Part shown: positions 47,617 through 57,036 of the stretch, piece by piece
How positions within the stretch are numbered: the stretch's first letter is position 1
How the letters are laid out: the number at the start of each line of letters is the position of its first letter
NCBI GenBank assembly: GCA_029856155.1
Contig: JAHQWL010000055.1
Location: forward strand, 32,001-96,000
Direction of reading: 5' to 3'
DNA: 64,000 nucleotides
DNA from: Promethearchaeia archaeon
GTDB taxonomy: Archaea; Asgardarchaeota; Lokiarchaeia; Sigyniarchaeales; SOKP01
Notes under the pieces: generated by a model
Databases searched by the model: none
What the model was told of the DNA's origin: nothing
Seen by the model: only the letters and a program-made list of their open reading frames with translations
Position numbers and translations under genes: made by a program

Positions 47617-50436
47617 TTGACTTCAAAATATATACTCCCAATTGATGCTAAAGATGTCTCATTGGAAATGATTGGTGGTAAAGGAAAGTCGCTAGCAAGG
47701 ATGGCATCTGCAGGAATGACGGTTCCTGATGGTTTTTACCTAACTACGTCCGCTTATAAGGATTTTGTAGAAGAAAATAACTTACAGGAAACAATCATTA
47801 ATCTAGCAAAGCCCGAAATCATCGGTAAGACAGTATCATTCGAATCAGCATCAAAGCGTATTCAAGAGCTGATAAAGGCAGCAGAGCTGTCAAGTGAGAT
47901 TATTACTGAAATCCATCAAGCCTACAGTGCACTGAATGGACAGAATCCAGCAGTAGCTGTGCGTTCTTCTGCCAATGCTGAAGACCTACCTGATTTATCT
48001 TTTGCAGGACAACAGGATACTTATTTGAATGTTCGTGGTGATGATGCACTGATAATGGCAATACGAGATTGTTGGGCCTCTCTTTGGACTCCAAGAGCGA
48101 TCAGTTATAGGCACCAAATGGGAATTCAACAGGAAGTGGTCGTCATGGCTGTCGTGGTCCAACTTATGGTACCATCAGATGTATCGGGGATACTTTTTAC
48201 TGCTAATCCAGTGACTGGAGAAAGATCAGAGTTTATTATCAATTCAAGCTTTGGTTTAGGCGAAGCAGTAGTTGGAGGGCAAGTAACACCAGACACTTAT
48301 GTGGTAGATCGGAGCTCTCTCACTGTGAAAGAGAGTATGATCGGTTCAAAAACGCAGAAAATTATTTCCAGCGATGAGCAAGGAACATTATTGCAAGATG
48401 TCTCTGAAAAAGAGCGCAACCAGTCATCTTTATCAGAAAAATTACTCAAGAAACTGAGTTCAGTTGCACTTAGTGTAGAACAAATTTTCGAGGGACTTCC
48501 TCAAGATATCGAATGGGCAATATCTGATGAAAAACTATGGATGTTACAATCCCGTCCTATCACTAATCTTCCCCCGCAACCTTTAGAAGTTGCTTGGGAA
48601 CCAACACCCCCAGCACGGATTCTCGCCCGGCGTCAGATCATAGAAAATATCCCTGATCCATGTTCCCCATTGTTCGATGAGCTGTATCTAACTGAAGGCT
48701 TGGAAACGGTTGCAAAAGGTGTGAAGCGTAAAAGCTTTTTTGTAGGAGGTGGTCCCATGTTTGTAACAGTAAATGGTTTTGCTTATCAACGGTTTGACTT
48801 CCCACAAGTTGTAACTATTCAGGATGAAATAGATAATGCTGTAACAGAAGAAGAAAAGGAAGAAAAAATTGCAAGGATTTGGCAAGAATGGGATGATTCA
48901 TTCGCGCAAATGATAAAAAAAGTTAATCCCAAGATGGAACAGCATGACTTAGATTTGTTCTTGGAAGAGCTATCACCTGAGGATTTAAAAGCATTCAAAG
49001 CATGGGCCGAAAAAACAGATATTAAAGACATTGCTCATGCGGTGACCATGCCCGAAAGTAAATATCCAGCTTATGTCGCTGGCAACAAAACCGAAGCTAA
49101 TGAGAAACAAATTAAAGAATGGAAAGAAAGAGCAATGCCTGAGCTTCTAGCAACGGTAGAAGAATGGGAAAAGATTGATTATAAAACAGCACCAGATGAG
49201 GAGTTATTGAGAGGAATTCGCGAATTAGCCCACGCTGGAGGAATGTACTGGTCCAGCAACGCAAGTCATAGCTTTGGCATTGCGAAAGCAACTGACGACC
49301 AGTTACAAGCATTTCTTCGAGAAAACCTACCAGATCATAATTTCACCAGTGGACACTTCCTAAGTGGTTTTAAATCGAAAACCTTAGAAGCCAATGAACA
49401 TATGTATAAGATCGCAAAACAGATCCAGGAAAACAAAGTGCTCTATGAATTGGTAGTTACGACACCTCCCAAACAATTGATGAATGCTCTTAAAATCCAT
49501 ACAGACGGCGGTCCAGTGGTAAAAGCCATTGAGGAGTATCTCAATATTTATGGTCACTTGGGTTACAGCCTGGACTTTATTGAACCACTTCCAATTGAAG
49601 ATCCTTCAGGGCTTTTTAGCACCTTGAAAACTATGATAACTGCCAAGGATTATAATCCAAAAAAGCATGAAATTGACGCTGCTAAGAAGCGAGAACAAGC
49701 GTTACAGAAAATAGATCAACTTCTGGATGGATTGCAGTATTGGCAGTTTCGTTATCGTAATTGGTTCACCCATCGTTTTTACTTCATTCGCGAGGATGTT
49801 ATGTTTTATCTAACCAGTGGTTGGCCAATTCTTCGGATTTTAGCTCTGGAACTCGGACAGCGACTTGTAGATATTGGTACATTCAATGTTCCGGATGATA
49901 TTTTTTATCTTGTTAAAGAAGAATTGACCAAAGCCATCAACGCACGTAAAGAGAACAAAGCGATACCAGAATATAAGCAATTAACCTTGGAACGCCGAGA
50001 ATTGAGAGAAGCACGCAAACGATTACATCCCCCAGGAACTATTCCAGAAGTCGCCAGCAATAATCCAGGTGTCGCGTTCAAAGAGACACAGGTTAAGAAT
50101 GATCCAAATAGTGATATCCTGAGAGGTATTCCGGTTAGTCCTGGAACAGTTACTAGCCCAGCTAGTCTAATTAAATCACCAGCAGAATTCGATAAAATGC
50201 AACCTGATTCAATTTTAGTTTGCCCTATGACCAATCCCGCATGGACACCGCTATTTGCTCATGCGAATGGATTAGTAACAGACATGGGCGGTATTTTGGG
50301 GCATGGATCCATCGTTGCGAGGGAATACGGCATACCTGCCGTTGTGGGGACTGGTACTATCACCCAACGCACTAAACATGGGCAAAGGATCAAAGTTGAT
50401 GGTGATACCGGAATTGTTGAGTTAATTCAAGAATGA
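47617..50436 (+). CDS. PEP-utilising dikinase, rifampin-phosphotransferase-like architecture
   Basis: ATP-grasp domain (GGKG, VRSSA..ED...SFAGQ, DIEWA, QSRPIT), large central domain, C-terminal His-swivel TDMGGILGHGSIVAREYGIPAVVG. Confidence 0.88.
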   Translation: MTSKYILPIDAKDVSLEMIGGKGKSLARMASAGMTVPDGFYLTTSAYKDFVEENNLQETIINLAKPEIIGKTVSFESASKRIQELIKAAELSSEIITEIHQAYSALNGQNPAVAVRSSANAEDLPDLSFAGQQDTYLNVRGDDALIMAIRDCWASLWTPRAISYRHQMGIQQEVVVMAVVVQLMVPSDVSGILFTANPVTGERSEFIINSSFGLGEAVVGGQVTPDTYVVDRSSLTVKESMIGSKTQKIISSDEQGTLLQDVSEKERNQSSLSEKLLKKLSSVALSVEQIFEGLPQDIEWAISDEKLWMLQSRPITNLPPQPLEVAWEPTPPARILARRQIIENIPDPCSPLFDELYLTEGLETVAKGVKRKSFFVGGGPMFVTVNGFAYQRFDFPQVVTIQDEIDNAVTEEEKEEKIARIWQEWDDSFAQMIKKVNPKMEQHDLDLFLEELSPEDLKAFKAWAEKTDIKDIAHAVTMPESKYPAYVAGNKTEANEKQIKEWKERAMPELLATVEEWEKIDYKTAPDEELLRGIRELAHAGGMYWSSNASHSFGIAKATDDQLQAFLRENLPDHNFTSGHFLSGFKSKTLEANEHMYKIAKQIQENKVLYELVVTTPPKQLMNALKIHTDGGPVVKAIEEYLNIYGHLGYSLDFIEPLPIEDPSGLFSTLKTMITAKDYNPKKHEIDAAKKREQALQKIDQLLDGLQYWQFRYRNWFTHRFYFIREDVMFYLTSGWPILRILALELGQRLVDIGTFNVPDDIFYLVKEELTKAINARKENKAIPEYKQLTLERRELREARKRLHPPGTIPEVASNNPGVAFKETQVKNDPNSDILRGIPVSPGTVTSPASLIKSPAEFDKMQPDSILVCPMTNPAWTPLFAHANGLVTDMGGILGHGSIVAREYGIPAVVGTGTITQRTKHGQRIKVDGDTGIVELIQE

Positions 50437-50630
50437 TCCAAATTTTGAGGGAAGGGGCAGCACATCGTATTATTGGATATGTTCCTCCAGATGCTCAAGC
50501 AATAAGCGGATTTATTTTTTCAGGTTCTGTTTGAAAAGCCCAATTGAGCGCAAATTCGAGGATCTCGAATCGACTTCTCTGTTAAGTTCAGAAACCGATT
50601 TAAATGAGTAACAATAATGTTTATTTATAA

Positions 50631-50649
50631 TAAATGTACATATATAATT
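50631..50649 (+). repeat. 19-bp direct repeat, copy 2
   Basis: Exact match to 47582-47600. Confidence 0.8.
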
Positions 50650-50679
50650 AAAATTCAAAAATGAAAAATTGATCTATTC

Positions 50680-51957
50680 ATGAGAAATAAAATAAAAAAG
50701 CTATTAACTGGGATTATTGTAGTATCTTTAGTTGCTTCATTTTCTATAGCAAATCTATCAATACAAGGAATCAGCACCAATTCTGACGATTTTTCATCTT
50801 CCGTCTCTACCTCATCAACTCAAGATACTTTCTGGCCTGGAAATGCAAGTGAATGGACAGAAGTAGCTCCTGAAACCCAGGGATTAAATTCCAGTAAGAT
50901 CGATGAGATGTTTGAGTTTATTAAAGATAATAGCCAGGATGTTCATAGTATTATTGTGGTACGCAATGGATATCTGCTTGTCTACGAATATTTACATCAT
51001 TTCGAGATATATCGTTATATCGATGGCACTAAAACGTATTTTGGCGGAGACAATCTCCATGGTCAATATTCTGCTACTAAAAGCGTAATTAGCATATTGA
51101 TTGGAATAGCTCTCCAAGAAGGGTTCTTAAACAATGTAAATCAAACATTATATGAATTCTTTGCCCACAGGTGGAGTCCCAGTTTTATTAATAGTACGCT
51201 TAAGAAGAATATCACAATAGAACACTTATTAACAATGAATTCCGGAATAACTGATCCTCCTGATCATGATCATGCAACTGAAGATGATGTTATTACATTT
51301 GCACTAGATAAGGCTCCTTTAACATTTACTCCTGGAGAAGAGGGAGAATTTGAATATACCAACAATGGAGTTGATCTCTTATCAGGTATAATCGCCAATG
51401 TATCAGGAACGAGTACTGAAGAATTCGCAAAACAATATTTGTTTGAGCCGCTAGGAATTTCAGAAGACGAATACTATTGGTTGAATGATTCTATAGGTAT
51501 GGACTATGGTGGATCTGGAATAGAATGCACGCCTAAAGTACAAGCGAAAATTGGAATGCTTGCTCTGAACAATGGCACGTGGAACGGAGAACAAATAGTA
51601 GATAAAGATTATATGAAAGACGCAACAACAAATCAGACTAGTGAGGGAAAATGGGCAGATTATGGGTATTTATGGTGGATGATGCCTCCTAATTTCACTT
51701 ATGGGGGATATTTAGCAGCAGGGGCTATGGGACAGTGTATCTATGTTATACCAGAATACAATATTGTGGTTGGTTTTACGGGGTATGATGTAGAAAACTA
51801 TGAGCAAATAATTCAAGATTATATCCTTCAATTTGTTGAAATTCCTGAAACGGGACCAAATAGTCCAAGAATACCCGGATTTGATTTCAATACGATAATT
51901 CTTATGATTTTTTGCGCTTCTGTTGTATTATTAATTAGGAGGAAAAAAAAAATCTAA
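50680..51957 (+). CDS. Surface-anchored serine hydrolase, class C beta-lactamase/PBP-like, with PGF/Loki-CTERM-like anchor
   Basis: Signal peptide; SATK (SxxK), LLTMNSG, YTN; C-terminus IPGF + TM helix + RRKKK. Confidence 0.88.
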   Translation: MRNKIKKLLTGIIVVSLVASFSIANLSIQGISTNSDDFSSSVSTSSTQDTFWPGNASEWTEVAPETQGLNSSKIDEMFEFIKDNSQDVHSIIVVRNGYLLVYEYLHHFEIYRYIDGTKTYFGGDNLHGQYSATKSVISILIGIALQEGFLNNVNQTLYEFFAHRWSPSFINSTLKKNITIEHLLTMNSGITDPPDHDHATEDDVITFALDKAPLTFTPGEEGEFEYTNNGVDLLSGIIANVSGTSTEEFAKQYLFEPLGISEDEYYWLNDSIGMDYGGSGIECTPKVQAKIGMLALNNGTWNGEQIVDKDYMKDATTNQTSEGKWADYGYLWWMMPPNFTYGGYLAAGAMGQCIYVIPEYNIVVGFTGYDVENYEQIIQDYILQFVEIPETGPNSPRIPGFDFNTIILMIFCASVVLLIRRKKKI

Positions 51958-52102
51958 GAAATTATATATTCACAATATTGTAAAAAGAAAGATTATAAAT
52001 GAACACCATATATTAAACAAACTTTAAATAGTGCTATTACTAAATATTTTCAATTACAATATTTTTGTTTGTAAATTAATTTAATCAAAAAATTGAACAG
52101 AA

Positions 52103-53434
52103 ATGAGAAATAAGATTGAAAAGCTAATTATTTGCTTGATCTCATTGGTTTTAGTTACTTCAACTTCGATAGGCTCTCTATCAATGCGAGAAATCAGCAC
52201 CAATTCTGACGATTTTTCAAATTCCGTTTCTACCTCATCAACTCAAGATATATTTTGGCCTGGAAATTCAAGTGAATGGACAGAAGTAGCTCCTGAAACT
52301 CAAGGATTAAATTCCAGTAAGATTGATGAGATGTTTGAATTTATTGAAAATAGATCAATTGATATTCATAGTATTATTGTTGTACGCAATGGACATCTGC
52401 TTGTCTACGAATATCTGCAATCTTCCCAAATATATACAAATATAGATGGTTCTAAAACGTATCCATGGGGCCTACTCCATGATCAAGCTTCTACCACTAA
52501 AAGCCTAATGAGCATTGTGATTGGGATAGCTCTCCAAGAAGGTTTCTTAGACAATGTAAGCCAAACATTATATGAATTCTTTGCCCACATTTGGGATGCT
52601 AATTTTACTGATAGCGAACTAAAGAAGGACATCACAATAGAACAATTATTAACAATGAATTCCGGATTATGTGGTGAAGGTCCTCTTTATCCTCCTAACG
52701 CCAAAGACCTTTTAGATTCTTATGGTTCCATTAAATGGGCACTTGATCTTGTGCCATTGGTTTTTACTCCTGGACAAGCGGGAGCTTTTGAATATAGCAA
52801 TGATGGGCCTAATCTCTTATCAGGTATAATTACCAATGTAACTGGTAAAAGCACTGAAGAATTCACAAAAGATTATCTATTTGAACCTTTGGGAATTTCA
52901 GAAGATGAATACTCTTGGTGGCATGATGATTACAACATTAGTTCTGGGGGATATGGATTTTTTTGTTCACCGAAAGTACAAGCGAAATTAGGAATGCTAT
53001 GTCTAAACAATGGCATGTGGAACGGAACCCAAATAGTAGATAAGGATTATATGAAAGACGCAACAACACACCAAATTACAGGTTGGTCTGATTATGGGTA
53101 TTTATTTTACATTAATATTTCAGTGATGACAACTGATTGGTTTGGACTTCCAAAAATAATAGAGTATGATGGATATTATACTGTTGGAGCTGGAGGACAA
53201 TGTATCTATGTTTTACCAAAATACAATCTTGTGGTATGTTTTACTGCTTCAGATGGAGGCCCTTATGAGCAGATGATATATAATTATATTCTCCACCAAA
53301 TTACTGATCCTCCTGAAAATGGACCAACTAATCCAGCAATACCCGGATTTGATTTTAATATGGTATTTCTTATGATTTTTTGCGCTTCTGCCCTATTAGT
53401 CTTTAGAAGGAAGAAGATCTCTAAGAATTCTTAA
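52103..53434 (+). CDS. Tandem paralog of the surface-anchored beta-lactamase-like serine hydrolase
   Basis: STTK, LLTMNSG, YSN; IPGF + TM + RRKK; long near-identical DNA blocks shared with the preceding gene. Confidence 0.88.
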   Translation: MRNKIEKLIICLISLVLVTSTSIGSLSMREISTNSDDFSNSVSTSSTQDIFWPGNSSEWTEVAPETQGLNSSKIDEMFEFIENRSIDIHSIIVVRNGHLLVYEYLQSSQIYTNIDGSKTYPWGLLHDQASTTKSLMSIVIGIALQEGFLDNVSQTLYEFFAHIWDANFTDSELKKDITIEQLLTMNSGLCGEGPLYPPNAKDLLDSYGSIKWALDLVPLVFTPGQAGAFEYSNDGPNLLSGIITNVTGKSTEEFTKDYLFEPLGISEDEYSWWHDDYNISSGGYGFFCSPKVQAKLGMLCLNNGMWNGTQIVDKDYMKDATTHQITGWSDYGYLFYINISVMTTDWFGLPKIIEYDGYYTVGAGGQCIYVLPKYNLVVCFTASDGGPYEQMIYNYILHQITDPPENGPTNPAIPGFDFNMVFLMIFCASALLVFRRKKISKNS

Positions 53435-53507
53435 AATATCTTTTTTTTACTAATTTTTTTCTAGAAGGTAATATTCTATTTATTAATTATTAAAACTTGA
53501 AATAAAA

Positions 53508-55256
53508 ATGAAAATGAAGCGAGAGTTACGGATTGAAAAACGTTATTTGAACTTTCCTGTTAAACACGTTAAATACGGAACAAAAAAAAGTTTAATACAC
53601 TTCATTATTGATGGTAAACTCGTACGTGAACTTGAAGTTTCACTGGCAATAGACGAACCTGATTTCTGGGTGTTTCTTGATGTTTCTGAATTTAAAGGTA
53701 AAAAAGCAACTTTACAAATCAAAAAGGAAAATGAAGCATTCAATAAAATTTATCAGGCTGACACATTTCCTGGAGAAGAAAACCTCTACAAAGAGCGCCT
53801 AAGACCTCAGTTCCATTTCTCAACACGTCGAGGATGGAACAACGACCCAAATGGTCTCGTCTATCATGACGGAGAATATCATTTGTTTTACCAGCATAAT
53901 CCTTACGGATGGGATTATGGTTCTGATGCCAATAAAGCTTGGGGTCATGCAATAAGCACTGACTTGGTACACTGGAAAGAAATAGGTGATGCAATTTATC
54001 CAGATAACCTAGGTGGAATATACTCTGGTTCAGCAGTTGTTGATAAGCTTAATACTACGGATTTTCAAAGTAGTGACGAAAAACCAATAATATGTATCTA
54101 TACTTCCGCTGGTGGTAAAACCCCGTGGTCAAAAGACAAGCCTTTTACCCAATCTATTGCATTTAGCAACGATAGGGGTAGAACTTTTACCAAATATAGT
54201 GGAAATCCTGTTCAAGATCTCATTGAACCAATGAATCGCGATCCAAAAGTTATTTGGCATGAACCATCAAATCAATGGGTAATTGTGTTATACTTAGAAG
54301 AAAGTGTTATGGGATTTTTCACATCCAAGGACCTTAAATCCTGGAAACTTCAAAGTAAATATGGAAGAGAAAATCTTCACGAATGCCCGGAATTATTCCA
54401 ATTAGCTATTGATGGAAATCAACAGAACAAAAAATGGATTTTATATGCTGGTAATGGTCGTTACGACATAGGACAATTCGATGGGAAGAAATTTATTCCC
54501 GAAACTAAAGAGATTGAGTTTTGCTATGGTAATTGTTTCTATGCATCACAAACTTTTAACAATGTTCCTGAAGAAGATGGTAGACGTATTCAAATGGCAT
54601 GGGGATTAAGTCCTATGCCAGATATGCCATTTAATCAACAGATGCTCTTTCCCGTTGAACTCACGCTAAGAACTACAGAAGATGGACTGAGAATGTTTGC
54701 TCAACCTATAGATGAAATTAAGAATATTTACGGCAAGAACTGGATATATCAAGAAAAAATTATCGAGGAAGGTCACCATTCAATTATGGAAGAAAATGTT
54801 GATTATGGCTTATACGATATTTCAGTCGAGTTTGAATTTGGGAGTGCCGAAAGATTTGGACTTTTAATTAAAAATATACAAATTACCTACGATATCAATG
54901 AGCAAAAGCTCTATTGTCAAGAACGTTATGCGCCATTAAAACCCATGGATGGTAGAATTAAACTCAGAATCCTTGTTGATCGCACAACATTGGAGATTTT
55001 CGCCAATGATGGCCAAATTTATATGCCGGTCCGTACATCTATTAAACTCTCAGATTTTTCCGAGGACTTTTCAAAATGGGGAACAGATTTTAACATTTCA
55101 GAATTTGTTGAACTATATCCACACAAAATCAATTATATAGTGTCCTATTTTAAACCTATCATTATAGAAAAAAACAATATTTTAGCTTTTAGCGAAGGTG
55201 GAGAAACTAAGCTAGCCAAAATGGAAATTTATGAGCTAAACTCAATTTGGTATTAA
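53508..55256 (+). CDS. GH32 levanase/beta-fructofuranosidase, no signal peptide
   Basis: WNNDPNG, WGHA, YSGSAV, RDPKV, ECP catalytic motifs. Confidence 0.93.
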   Translation: MKMKRELRIEKRYLNFPVKHVKYGTKKSLIHFIIDGKLVRELEVSLAIDEPDFWVFLDVSEFKGKKATLQIKKENEAFNKIYQADTFPGEENLYKERLRPQFHFSTRRGWNNDPNGLVYHDGEYHLFYQHNPYGWDYGSDANKAWGHAISTDLVHWKEIGDAIYPDNLGGIYSGSAVVDKLNTTDFQSSDEKPIICIYTSAGGKTPWSKDKPFTQSIAFSNDRGRTFTKYSGNPVQDLIEPMNRDPKVIWHEPSNQWVIVLYLEESVMGFFTSKDLKSWKLQSKYGRENLHECPELFQLAIDGNQQNKKWILYAGNGRYDIGQFDGKKFIPETKEIEFCYGNCFYASQTFNNVPEEDGRRIQMAWGLSPMPDMPFNQQMLFPVELTLRTTEDGLRMFAQPIDEIKNIYGKNWIYQEKIIEEGHHSIMEENVDYGLYDISVEFEFGSAERFGLLIKNIQITYDINEQKLYCQERYAPLKPMDGRIKLRILVDRTTLEIFANDGQIYMPVRTSIKLSDFSEDFSKWGTDFNISEFVELYPHKINYIVSYFKPIIIEKNNILAFSEGGETKLAKMEIYELNSIWY

Positions 55257-55291
55257 ATGATAATTAAAAGAATTATAATCTTCTAATTTAA

Positions 55292-56986
55292 TTAATCCAT
55301 TCCTTCTCTGTCTTTTACTCCATATGGTGGATTAACACACCAGATATAATGGCCTTCATCGATTTTTATTTGATGGGGTGACTCAAATTCGCATTCTGGT
55401 GTTCGATTATCTGATACACACCGAGGATTAAAAGTACATCCTGGTGGTGGATCAATTGGGCTCGGAACTTCGCCATCTATAACATATTTTATATCTTGAT
55501 CAAAAGGATCTATTTCAGAGTGACTCTTTAGGAGTGCTTGAGTATAGGGATGGGCTGGATTTAAAAAGATTTGATCAGTTTCCCCAATCTCAACAACCTT
55601 ACCTAGATACATTACAGCAACTCTATCCGCAATATGATTCACAACGGCTAAATTATGTGTTATAAACAAGAAACCATATCCATATTCCTCCTGTAAGTCT
55701 ATAAGGAGGTTTAAGATTTGTGCTTGTACAGACACATCAAGAGCTGATGTGGGCTCATCAAGGACAACTAATTCTGGATTACAAGCAAGTGCTCTTGCTA
55801 TAATAATTCTTTGCTTTTGCCCCCCTGAAAACTCGTGAGGATAACGATCCATGTGTTCTCGTTTTAATGAAACCTGTTTCAATAGCCGCAAAACATGTCT
55901 TCTGATTTTCATTTTATCGGTAATAGCAAGCAAATTCTTAAGCGGTTCTGCTATAATATCAGTAACTTTTAAACGTGGATTTAAAGAAGCATCAGGATCC
56001 TGGAAAACCATTTGAATTTTTTGTCTGAAATAACTTGAAAATTCGTTCGGGATAGGTTCGTCATGAAATAATATTTCTCCATCTTCTATATCTAGTAATC
56101 CTAAAATTGTGTTTGCGATAGTTGTTTTCCCACATCCACTTTCTCCAACTAACCCTAATGTTTCACCTGTCTTGATCTCAAATGATATACTATCAACCGC
56201 TTTTACTTCACCAATTTTCCTTTTAAGTACCCCTTTAAGTAGAGGATAATATACTTTAAGGTTTGTAACTTTTAATAAAGGCTTACCCTTTTCTAAAACT
56301 TTTAGATCTCTGATCTCCTGAATTGGTATGGTTTTATAAGCGATTAATTTGGCTATAGCTATAGTTATAATAGAAATAATAATACTTATTAAGGAATCTA
56401 CAATAAAATAATCAAAGAACATTCTTTGTTGAATGATAAACATTAACATTAGACAAAGAGGGCCTGGTATTACACCGACAATAACGACAACTCTTCTTAA
56501 CTTCACCAATTGAATTTTATCTCCCCAACTTGCTATAAATCCTGATACACCAAAAATAACTAGAAGGAACAGAACAAAAGTAAATTTTGAACCATCCAAT
56601 TTATCATCACCTGTAATTAGAAAAATATCTATAATATCAAAAAGAGAAGATATATAAATGGTAGCAATGAATAAAATAATTTGAGCGAAGGCTACAATTT
56701 CTAAAGATCTTAACCACTTCTTTTTTTGAATTATTATTAAGATACCTAATCCAATAATAGTATTGATAAAAATCATGAGAAGGTCAGTGAACAGGTTTTT
56801 ACCGATCAATGAATAAATGGTTAACCCCACAACCATGCCTATAACAAACCAGGTTATATTTATAATCAACGCTGATAAAAAGGATTTATCCCATCTTCTA
56901 AATTTGATATGCCTATTTATATAAAACGTACCCACTAATATTTGTAATAGTTGAGTAGTAAACAATAATGTTATATTAACAGCCAT
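55292..56986 (-). CDS. oppF: Opp/Dpp ABC ATPase (OppF-like) fused to an N-terminal multi-TM domain
   Basis: GESGCGKT, QDP, YPHEFSGGQKQR, DEPTSALD, HPYT, C-terminal Cys motif; first ~220 aa hold about 7 hydrophobic helices. Confidence 0.9.
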   Translation of the reverse strand: MAVNITLLFTTQLLQILVGTFYINRHIKFRRWDKSFLSALIINITWFVIGMVVGLTIYSLIGKNLFTDLLMIFINTIIGLGILIIIQKKKWLRSLEIVAFAQIILFIATIYISSLFDIIDIFLITGDDKLDGSKFTFVLFLLVIFGVSGFIASWGDKIQLVKLRRVVVIVGVIPGPLCLMLMFIIQQRMFFDYFIVDSLISIIISIITIAIAKLIAYKTIPIQEIRDLKVLEKGKPLLKVTNLKVYYPLLKGVLKRKIGEVKAVDSISFEIKTGETLGLVGESGCGKTTIANTILGLLDIEDGEILFHDEPIPNEFSSYFRQKIQMVFQDPDASLNPRLKVTDIIAEPLKNLLAITDKMKIRRHVLRLLKQVSLKREHMDRYPHEFSGGQKQRIIIARALACNPELVVLDEPTSALDVSVQAQILNLLIDLQEEYGYGFLFITHNLAVVNHIADRVAVMYLGKVVEIGETDQIFLNPAHPYTQALLKSHSEIDPFDQDIKYVIDGEVPSPIDPPPGCTFNPRCVSDNRTPECEFESPHQIKIDEGHYIWCVNPPYGVKDREGMD

Positions 56987-57036
56987 TTTGACTTATCCTT
57001 CCATTTTTATATTATTTAAAATAAGTTTTATTGACT

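Noticed and set aside
50532-50570. TGA followed by a hairpin as a SECIS-like signal
   Set aside because: No redox motif around the TGA, readthrough adds only about 16 codons, and the hairpin does not resemble known SECIS elements.
50680-53434. Antibiotic-resistance island (beta-lactamases plus rifampin phosphotransferase)
   Set aside because: Family-level similarity only. The inferred archaeal host lacks both drug targets, and the class C KTG motif is not conserved.
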